From the NCBI GenBank assembly GCA_964016885.1, contig OZ024747.1, positions 44,764,001 through 44,828,000 of the forward strand: a stretch of DNA of 64,000 bases. The letters run 5' to 3'. This DNA comes from Eledone cirrhosa. Taxonomy: Eukaryota. A model generated the notes under the pieces. It made no database searches. It was not told the origin of the DNA and saw only the letters and a list, made by a program, of their open reading frames with translations. Position numbers and translations under genes: made by a program. This document shows, one piece after another, positions 53,354 to 61,819 of this stretch. The stretch's first letter is position 1. The number at the start of each line of letters is the position of its first letter.

Positions 53354-53562
53354 TTTGATATATTCTAAACATCAACTTAATGATGAGAGAGTCAGCTGGT
53401 GTTTGGAACATAACTTAACAAAGGTTCTTACATTAAATTATGTTGGAAGATTTTTAGATAAACAGTTTTTTTTATCATAGATCCAAAAGACGGTTTCAAG
53501 CAGCTTGGTACCAAAAGGGTTAATAGTGTTTAGTTACAACATTATACTGTACTCAGAGTGCT

Positions 53563-53607
53563 CAGTCACTGATGAAATTACAAGTTAGATTGAAACTAGT
53601 CTAGCTG
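53563..53607 (+). ncRNA. Minimal type-I hammerhead ribozyme-like motif
   Basis: cagtca-CTGATGA-aatt..gatt-GAAAC-ta-GTC-tagctg. The core is intact, the stem/loop III is the palindrome ACTAGT, and stem I has one mismatch and one G-U pair. Confidence 0.65.
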
Positions 53608-53889
53608 TTCACTGTATTTTTTGGTTTCATTTTGGTTCATGGAAATATTGTATATAGAGACACGGTACTTACATTTGTCAATACATACAGTGTTGGTTAC
53701 CAATAGATATATTCTGAAGCAGAGTATAGCAATGATGTGAAACAAGCTTAATGCAACAGTATGCTGGGTTACTCAGTCAATGAAGCAAAACAAAAAAAGT
53801 ATCAATTTATTTATTTCATCATTGAATTGCAGAAGTGAAAAGACACAGCCAGTGGGAAAAATACTTGCTTTAAAAAATGATTTTTTTAT

Positions 53890-54180
53890 GAAGATGATGG
53901 TGGTGTTGTTCCTGTTACTGCTGTTATTGTTGCTAATGTTGTTGCTGTTGTTGTTGCTACTGTTGTTGCTGTTGTTACTGCTGTTGCCGTTGTGGCTGTT
54001 GTTGTTGCTGTTGTTGCTGTTGTTGCTATTATTGCTGATGCTGCTGCTGTTGTTGTTGTTGTTGTCGTTGCTGTTGTTATTGCTACTGTTGTTGCTGTTG
54101 TTGTTGCTATTGCTGTTGTTGTTGTTATTGTTACTGTTGTTGTTGTTATTGTTACTGGTGTTGTTGTTATTGTAGGTGTT
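53890..54180. repeat. Compound (GTT/GCT)n trinucleotide microsatellite
   Basis: Seen directly. It explains the poly-Leu and poly-Val ORFs. Confidence 0.97.
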
Positions 54181-54477
54181 TAGCCCCAGATCAACTCTAG
54201 TTCAGTAAATCTATATTCAAAGGACGTTCCAATTATGCCATCCCATCTTAGACTTTTTCCCATACATAATATTTCTATCTGTACTTTAAAATTTGTTGTA
54301 GATTTGGCTACACTCTCTAGCATGCCAAGTAACTATACTGAGACTCCATTGTTAGATAGAATGATCCTGTATGTTAAGTGAGCAATGATAAATGAGGTGT
54401 TGTGACATGCATGCCTTTCCCAAAAGCCCTAAGAGTATAAGGGAAGTGAATTTAAATCAACTAGGGGTAACAAAACA

Positions 54478-54537
54478 CAACCACCACCTCCACCACCACC
54501 ACCAACCACCACCACCACCACCACCAAAAACAACAAC

Positions 54538-54579
<42 letters not shown>

Positions 54580-54580
54580 C
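54478..54580. repeat. (CAC)n + (CAA)n microsatellite
   Basis: Seen directly in the sequence. Confidence 0.97.
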
Positions 54581-54584
54581 CTCC

Positions 54585-55003
54585 TCTTGCTCATACATTC
54601 TATTTTTTGGCTTGGTTTTCAATGGCTATATACCCTTCCCAATGCCAACCATTTTACAATGTGTACTGGGAGAATTTTATCATAATTCCAGCTTTACCAC
54701 CTTACAAAATGAACTAGGTACTTGTGGCCCCAGCACTACCACCTTACAGAGTCGACTGGGAGCTTTTTTGCATGGTACCAAACTACCAATTTACAGTGTG
54801 TACTGGGTATATTTTTTGGGGGGTAGATTGGGTAATTTTTGTCGTGGCATCAGCACTATCACTTTACAGGTTGGATTTGGTGTTTTTTGCTGTGGTACCA
54901 GTACTACCACATTACAGGGTGGACTGGAAGCATTTTATTATTGCTCCAAAACTATCACTTTACAGAGTGTGCTGGGTGCATTTTATCATGGCATGAACAC
55001 TAA
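54585..55003 (-). mobile_element. Old RTE 3'UTR fragment with ~8 diverged internal subrepeats
   Basis: Repeated c(c/a)actttacag(a/t)gtg..ctggg..tttt..tgg(c/t)acc units homologous to the 48-bp unit at 58880. Confidence 0.7.
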
Positions 55004-55247
55004 ACATACTGATTTAATTTAGTTAGACATATGCAGTGTCTATTTCTTACATGAAAGTATTAATTATAATCAACCTAATTAACTCCCACCTTTATGTATT
55101 TCTCTTTTTTATGTGAACCTACAAGGAGTATCTACATGAGGGGTATCCGAAGTGGTCACCCTCATGATTTGATGGAACTACACAGGTGGTCAATTGATTT
55201 TTTGGGCCAAAACCTGACATTTGTATAAGAAAGGAAAATATATAAAA

Positions 55248-55370
55248 TAATAGTTTCTATTTTTGGCACAAGGCCAGCAATTTGAAGGGGGGAGGGGGGT
55301 CTATTAAATCGACCCTAGCGCATTACTAGTATCTATTTTATTGACCCCATAGGGATGAAAGGCAAAGCTA
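55248..55370 (-). mobile_element. Nin/Deu-domain SINE 3' half
   Basis: Reverse complement of the 3' end and the core. Confidence 0.75.
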
Positions 55371-56270
55371 ACAATAAAATACAGCTTGCTTATTCAGGTT
55401 TCCAATTAATATATAATTAGCATTTATTGTCAATCTTGTTTTACTGTATATTTAGTTATTTATTTGCTTATTTATTTTTGTACATAACTCAGATAATCGA
55501 GTCTTCAAGGATTCCATGAAGGAGCCAATGATTAAAAGATTTTTGTGACTCTTGGTCTACATTGTCACTTGGCTTGCTAGAAATAGTAGTCAAAATTTAC
55601 TCAACTCACACTCTACCATCTTAAAATATAAGGTCACATTGAAAACTCAATTTACATGCTTCTCAGATGGTGGGGAACCCTAAATCATATATCAGCTTGA
55701 TCAGTTCTGATCTGGGGTTAAACAACAACAATAGAAGTAACAGTAACAGCAGCTACAACAACAAAAACAACAATCAATGGCTTCAGCAGCAGTAATGGTA
55801 TGAAACACACCTTCAACAACAACAAAAGCAGCAGCAGTAGTAGCAGTAGCTCCTGCACTAGAACTATGACCACATCAAGCAACAACTGATATGTATTTTA
55901 TTGATTCCTCGGGAGCAGATGAAATTCACAGATGGCACAGCCATTGAAATAAAACCTGCTTCTATAATGTACAACAGATGCTACCAATGATGGTTTGCTT
56001 TTAACTAAGCTTAAAATTGTTACTGTTTTTGTTGTTGTTATTATTGTTTCCTTAGACTTTTAAGAGTAAGTAGAAACTCTAACACCACATCTGTTACCTA
56101 CCACAGGTAAAAGAAAACAACTTACAGTATTAATCTTTTGATTTTTATATGTGATGTTAAATAATATATATACATATAAAGTAATGATAATAAATGTGAA
56201 GACTAAAATCCAAAGAGTGCTCGATAAGGATAATATATATATATATAATATATAAGAACCCTAGAGCAAA

Positions 56271-56433
56271 TATTTATTAAAATAACAGATTAAAGTTTAA
56301 GCAAAGAATCATTGCTCTCACTCTTAACGGGATCTTCTGAAACTAAAAATTGATTTTTTAGTTTCAGAAGATCCCGTTAAGGGTGAAAGCAGCGATTCTT
56401 TGCTTAAACTTTAATCTGTAATTTTAATAAATA
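56271..56433. repeat. Near-perfect ~80-bp-arm palindrome, each arm containing a hammerhead-like fold
   Basis: tatttattaaaat..gatcttctgaaactaaaaa-ttga-tttttagtttcagaagatc..attttaataaata. Confidence 0.93.
56360..56410 (+). ncRNA. Type-I hammerhead-like fold with variant core CAGAAGA (mirror copy at 56294-56344, minus strand)
   Basis: Stem I agttt/aaact, CAGAAGA, t-ccc/ggg-t stem II, GAAA, stem III agca/tgct and triplet CUU. The mirror copy has GAGA in place of GAAA. Confidence 0.6.
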
Positions 56434-56516
56434 TATACATATATATATAAGTTATTCTGGGTTGAATCGGAGGTAACCACAGTAAGAAAGGTACTCAATA
56501 CATAGCAGAGTATAAA

Positions 56517-56567
56517 AGCTTCCTGTTGATTTCTCACGAATGAAACAGTTCTAGTCCTGTAGAAGCT
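56517..56567 (+). ncRNA. Type-I hammerhead-like fold with variant core CTGTTGA
   Basis: Stem I agcttc/gaagct (6 bp), t-ttc/gaa-t stem II, GAAA, stem III acag/ctgt and triplet GUA. Confidence 0.65.
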
Positions 56568-56602
56568 CTTCTATATTAATACATATATATATATATATAT
56601 AT

Positions 56603-56977
56603 AGTTTTGCGAGGTTTTTGATATGAAATCGTGTGTCGAAACAAATATTGTTATACTTGGGGAGGGTCATACTTGTGTAATAATATTTAAAGATGGCGTA
56701 GGCATACAATGCAATGGGAGGAAACATAATAGCACCACTGACGATGTTGCAGATGTGCAATGAAAGAATTTTGTTAGACTATATATATGTGTTTGTGTCT
56801 ATATTGTATCTGTATTTTTGACTGTTGATCAGTCAATGGCAACATTGAGGACTGAATAAATTAGATTACCGATATAAAAGACACAGAAGCAAAAACCAAC
56901 CAAACAGTGAGTGTGTTCTGTTATTAATTCTGGCAATATTATTACACAAATATGACCCTCCCCAAGTATAACAATAT
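56603..56977. mobile_element. Inverted-repeat element (TIR family atattgttatacttggggagggtcat...)
   Basis: 56645-56687 is the near-exact reverse complement of 56936-56977. Confidence 0.7.
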
Positions 56978-57134
56978 ATATATATATATATATAATCATC
57001 ATCATTACTATTGTTTTCACATCCACGAATTGTACAGGAGTGTGAGATGATGTTTTATAGCCGGATGCCCTTCCTAATGCCAACCTTCTTAGTCTCCTCT
57101 TATCATATGCAGGGATATAATGTACCTATTCTAA

Positions 57135-57690
57135 AATCTGAGATACATATTATTATTCTTTATGAGGGTCATGCTGCCAATAAAAACACAGGCACCAGTT
57201 GAGTTTTGCTTTCAGTTCATTATTAACCAGGTAATTAGCCAGAAGGCAGTGGATTGGCAGTATCAGTAGAGAGTCGGACGCCATGCTTTGACGCATGGAG
57301 TTACGGCCCTTGCCATTCTGAGTTCAAATCCCGCCGAGGTTAACTTTGCCTTTCATCCTTACGGGGTCGATAAAATAAAGTACCAGTAATGCACTGGGTA
57401 ATTGCTGGCCTTGTGACTAAAGTAGAAACTTTAATTAGCCAGCTAACTAATCTATATCTTGGTTAGTTTAGCAACTAGATGGTTATTTGTAATTTTGAAA
57501 ATTAAATATGACAATTAGATAACCAGCTGGTTAACTAACTAACTAAGGAATGGATTTCTTACTTAACTAATAATGAAACTGAAGTGACCTTAACTGTAGC
57601 ATGTTTTTATTGACAGCATAACTCTCCTAAAGTATAACAATATCTGTATTCAGTGCATGATTTCACATCAGGAATCTTGCTAAACAAATA
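57135..57690. mobile_element. Older long-TIR element of the same family, interrupted by a SINE
   Basis: 57141-57232 is a diverged inverted copy of 57560-57650. The reverse complement of 57620-57690 matches 56603-56670. Confidence 0.65.
57243..57431 (+). mobile_element. Young Nin/Deu-domain tRNA SINE (short variant) with 11-bp TSD
   Basis: Full head and core with CpGs intact. taattagccag occurs at 57232-57242 and 57432-57442. Confidence 0.92.
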
Positions 57691-57781
57691 CAAAAGAAAA
57701 GTGAGTAAATATATATATATACATATATATATATATACACAATATATTAATAAATGGAAACTATATTTATAAAACCATATT

Positions 57782-57847
57782 TATTTTATTATATATATTT
57801 CAAGGGCAACCAAGGCAAATTATGGTGTGCTTTCATCAGATAAAATA
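57782..57847 (-). ncRNA. Type-I hammerhead ribozyme motif (copy 1)
   Basis: Minus strand: tattttat-CTGATGA-aagcacacca..tggttgccctt-GAAA-tatat-ATA-ataaaata. It has a perfect 8-bp stem I, an intact core and a palindromic stem/loop III. Confidence 0.8.
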
Positions 57848-58017
57848 CAGATTTGTTTTATAAATAAATACTGACATACCCGGAAAAAAGACAACCTTAA
57901 CGATTGGAGCTTCCTGGAAGCTCCAACCGTTATCCAGGAAGCTCCAACCGTCAAGAAATTATTGGAGTAAATATACAATATATTAACAAATGGAAACTAT
58001 ATTTATAAAACCATATT

Positions 58018-58083
58018 TATTTCATTATACATATTTCAAGGGCCACCATGGCAAATTATGGTGCGCTTTCATCAGATAAAATA
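58018..58083 (-). ncRNA. Type-I hammerhead ribozyme motif (copy 2)
   Basis: Minus strand: tattttat-CTGATGA-aagcgcaccat/aatttgcc/atggtggccctt-GAAA-tatgt-ATA-atgaaata. Confidence 0.8.
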
Positions 58084-58138
58084 CAATACAATATAGATTA
58101 GTTTTATAAATATTTATTTATAAAACTAATCTGTATTG

Positions 58139-58204
58139 TATTTTATCTGATGAATGCGCACCATAATTTGCCTTGGTGGCCCTTGAAATATGTATAATGA
58201 AATA
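58139..58204 (+). ncRNA. Type-I hammerhead ribozyme motif (copy 3, inverted partner of copy 2)
   Basis: tattttat-CTGATGA(58147-58153)-atgcgcacca..tggtggccctt-GAAA(58185-58188)-tatgt-ATA-atgaaata. Confidence 0.78.
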
Positions 58205-58340
58205 AATATGGTTTTATAAATATTGTTTCCATTTGTTAATATATTCTATATATATATTTGCTCTACGGTTCTTATATATTTGATATATATTTATCCTTAT
58301 CGAGCCATCTTTGGATTTTAGTCTTCAAATTTATTATTAT

Positions 58341-58392
<52 letters not shown>

Positions 58393-58727
58393 CAAAGGTA
58401 AAACTATATACACAATGCTCAAAGAAAAGTAGAGAATTATATATGATAGTATATAACTGGTATGTCTTTGCAGAATTAGCTCAATGTGCTTATATATTAT
58501 ATAGGTTTGAAGAGAAAGACATTTTTAGAGAGAAAGATTAAGAGATGCAGACATAAACACAGAGCAAATATAAACAATTATATCGATGGAAATAATTATC
58601 TTTTATCTTTTAAAACCATGATTGTGGGTGTAAGCTTATTTGTGTTGGTATGTTGCTAAACACTAACCTGTATAAGTGTGATTATATGGATGCTAGTATT
58701 TCTGTGTGGGTATACAACTGTCTCTTT

Positions 58728-59575
58728 ATCATCATCATCGTTTAATGTTTATTTACCAAGCTAGCATGGGTTTGACAGGTTTGCTCCATTAGAAGCAAGT
58801 TGGGTCGGATGACCATGTCTCCTTCATATAGGAGTGTTACTGGCTAGTTTTCTATGGGTGGATGCCCTTCCTAATGACAACAACTTTACAGTGTGTGCTG
58901 GGTGCTTTTTGCCATGTCTCCTACACTACCACTTTACAGTGTGTGCTGGGTACTTTTTGCCATGTCTCCTACACTACCACTTTACAGTGTGTGCTGGGTG
59001 CTTTTTGCCATGTCCCCTACACTACCACTTTACAGTGTGTGCTGGGTGCTTTTTACCATGTCTCCTACACTACCACTTTACAGTGTGTGCTGGGTGCTTT
59101 TTGCCATGTCCCCTACACTACCACTTTACAGTGTGTGCTGGGTGCTTTTTGCCATGTCCCCTACACTACCACTTTACAGTGTGTGCTGGGTGCTTTTTGC
59201 CATGTCCCCTACACTACTACTTTACAGTGTGTGCTGGGTGCTTTTTGCCTTGTCTCCTACACTACCACTTTATAGTGTGTGCTGGGTACTTTTTGCCATG
59301 TCCCCTACACTACTACTTTACAGTGTGTGCTGGGTGCTTTTTGCCTTGTCTCCTACACTACCACTTTATAGTGTGTGCTGGGTACTTTTTGCCATGTCTC
59401 CTACACTGCCACTTTACAGTGTGTGCTGGGTACTTTTTGCCATGTCTCCTACACTACCACTTTACAGTGTGTGCTGGGTACTTTTTGCCATGTCTCCTAC
59501 ACTACCACTTTACAGTGTGTGCTGGGTGCTTTTTGCCATGTCTCCTACACTACCACTTTACAGTGTAGGCTAGAT
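58728..59575 (-). mobile_element. RTE 3'UTR fragment hosting a minisatellite
   Basis: (CAT)n-gtttaatg end, gctagcatgggtttgac and ggatgcccttcctaa, as in the other RTE 3' ends. Confidence 0.8.
58882..59566. repeat. 48-bp minisatellite, ~14 copies (ccactttacagtgtgtgctgggtgctttttgccatgtctcctacacta)
   Basis: Seen directly. The overlapping ORFs show 16-aa periodicity. Confidence 0.98.
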
Positions 59576-60529
59576 GCTTTTGTGGTACCATATATACATT
59601 TGGAAAGAGGTGAATTTTTCAGGCAACTTGTATTTCCATATTTAGCCTTAAAACAGTTGATATCAAAGTAAACATATAGCATTTAAGCTGGTGTATACAG
59701 TTGCATATATTTTGATGTGTGCAGGCATACACTTCTAGATATATAGATCATTAAGGGCATGGATGTACATATGCATGTAGGTGTGTATATGTGTCTGTGT
59801 ATGGGGGCATGTGTGTATATATATATATATGTGTGTGGGTATGAATGTAGGTGTACATCTTTATATGGATATATAGATATGTATCTATATGTATCTATGA
59901 GTATCTAAAGGTACCTATGAGTATATAGGTATATAGATAGCTATATAGGTGTGATTATTAGAATATATACATATATGTATGTGGATATACATAAGTATAT
60001 GTGTGTGTGTATATATATAATTATGCAGGTCCGTCAATGAGCCTGTATGAGTGTATGTATATGTGTGTATGTGAATGTGGATGTGTCCCTCTATATACGT
60101 GGTGCTAATTGCTATTCATTTTAAATTAGTCTACTTTACCCCTCCCCCGCATATAAAAGACGGTTAAATTCCATTAATTATTTCCTTTTGTTAGAAGTAA
60201 AATAAGGTTTGTTTGTTTGATTTTGAAAATATTTTTATTTCCTTTTTATATCTTTAAAGTTAGGAAAATGAGGTTACGAGAGCCACAGAAAAAGCGTTAA
60301 ATTTTATGCACTGGCACTGGTATCTTTTCCAGGAGAAGTCTTGTACTCTCTGTCACTTAACATCACAGAAACTGGGATAAACAACACTGACCTAGTGAGC
60401 CTCTGGGCTCAAGACAGACATTAGACTTAATATATATATAAATTCAGTGAGAATCGCATTTCGGCGGGTAGAAAAAGCGAAACGCAACGCAAATTCCGAG
60501 TCATGCTGGCAAGCGCTCCAAAGTCTCTA

Positions 60530-60561
<32 letters not shown>

Positions 60562-60562
<1 letters not shown>

Positions 60563-60925
60563 CATCATCAGCATTTTACGTCCATTTTTCCCTGCTTGCA
60601 AGGGTGGGACGGGAACTAATTCTGGCTTAATTTCTACAGCTGGATGCCCTTCCTAACACCAACCTCATTTATAGTGAGTGCTGGGTGCTTTTGTTCCGTG
60701 GTGCCTACACGTCCACTTTACAGTGTGGGCTGGGTGCTTTTTTGCCATGGTACCTCCACGACCACTTTGCAGTGGAATGTTAGGGACCCCAGTCCTATCA
60801 TCTCATTTTTACAGCTGAGTAAACTGGAGCAATGTGAAATAAAGTGTCTTGCTCAAGGAAACAATACATCACCCGGTGTGAGAATTAAACTCACAACCTT
60901 TCGATTGCAAGGCCAATGTACCTCA

Positions 60926-60926
<1 letters not shown>
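60562..60926 (-). mobile_element. tRNA-derived SINE with RTE-derived 3' tail (same family as 14928-15262)
   Basis: Reverse complement aligns along its length with the 14928 copy, retains an extra 3'UTR subrepeat, and is flanked by (TA)n. Confidence 0.85.
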
Positions 60927-60966
<40 letters not shown>

Positions 60967-61477
60967 TAAATTCAGCGAGAATCGTATTTTGGCGGGTAGA
61001 AAAAGGGAAACGAAATGCAAAATCGTAGTAATGCTGGCAAGTGCTCCAATAGTTAAAAAACTAGAGCTAAACAATATGTTAAAACGCCATATAAACTGAA
61101 AAAGTGGTCAAGAAGGCATTAACCACCTAAGCCAAAAAAACAAATCAAGCTAAACAGGTCAAACAAAATAAATGATAAAGACAGACCTGGACCCAAATGG
61201 AATTGATGGTAAAATCCAAATGCAGGGCTTCTATGACACCTAAATCAATAATACTGTCTGCTTAAAACTATAAGCTTTTGGTAAAATGATCGAACAAGGA
61301 ATATCACGTTATCAACAGGTATTTTGCTCTGCACCAACTTTGTGAATGACGTAGAGCTTTGTAAAAGCACATGTGTAATTCACAAGGGGAAAACCCCTGA
61401 TTTTGGCAAATGAATTCAGTATGTGTGTATCATGCAAAAAATTGCATTGATAGCAGAAATTGAATAAGCACTCAACA

Positions 61478-61640
61478 CATCCATGCTGGGTCGTTCACGC
61501 ACATTGGCACTGCACATCCAACGGGAAGCATGCTTGCCTCATTTCTCTCCAGCCATCGCATATCCTCTGCAGTTTCTGCCCATGTCTCACTACCATGCAG
61601 CATTATATCCATATGCGGTTGACGGCTGAGAGAAAGAAGT
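61478..61640 (-). mobile_element. RTE LINE C-terminal fragment
   Basis: Minus-strand translation MLHGSETWAETAEDMRWLERNEASML/RWMCSANVRERPS. Confidence 0.85.
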
Positions 61641-61687
61641 GTTCAATATCAAAGTAAATATTTAATATTTATTCTATTAAGACAATT

Positions 61688-61737
61688 TCTTGTCTGATGA
61701 TCCTGTGATAAGCAGGTGAAACTCCAGACTAACAAGA
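61688..61737 (+). ncRNA. Type-I hammerhead ribozyme-like motif
   Basis: tcttgt-CTGATGA-t-cctg/tgataag/cagg-t-GAAAC-tccaga-CTA-acaaga. Stem I (6 bp) and stem II (4 bp) are perfect, with one mismatch at the 15.2-16.2 pair. Confidence 0.7.
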
Positions 61738-61777
61738 CTCATTATTTAGCTTTAATAAAATGAATATATATATACAT

Positions 61778-61789
<12 letters not shown>

Positions 61790-61819
<30 letters not shown>

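Larger units (their letters stand above)
57735..58343. mobile_element. Non-coding Penelope-like pseudo-LTR/retrozyme-type element (tandem + inverted ~140-bp units)
   Basis: Direct repeats at 57735-57866 and 57972-58113 are followed by an inverted copy at 58114-58250. Each unit carries a hammerhead motif. Confidence 0.7.

Noticed and set aside
53780-54183. Poly-Leu and poly-Val ORFs
   Set aside because: They are translations of a trinucleotide microsatellite.
56731-56780. CTGACGA..ttgca/tgcaa..GAAA hammerhead candidate
   Set aside because: The core and stem II are present, but stems I and III cannot be paired.
58834-59671. Four overlapping repeat ORFs (Cys/His-rich)
   Set aside because: They are a by-product of a stop-free 48-bp minisatellite within a retrotransposon UTR.
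60385-60425. ctagtgagcc..ggctcaagacag, a possible decayed hammerhead
   Set aside because: Both core boxes are mutated and no stem I is evident.
61060-61440. Possible Penelope GIY-YIG relic upstream of the 61688 hammerhead
   Set aside because: Only vague motif hints across several frames, which cannot be supported without an HMM search.
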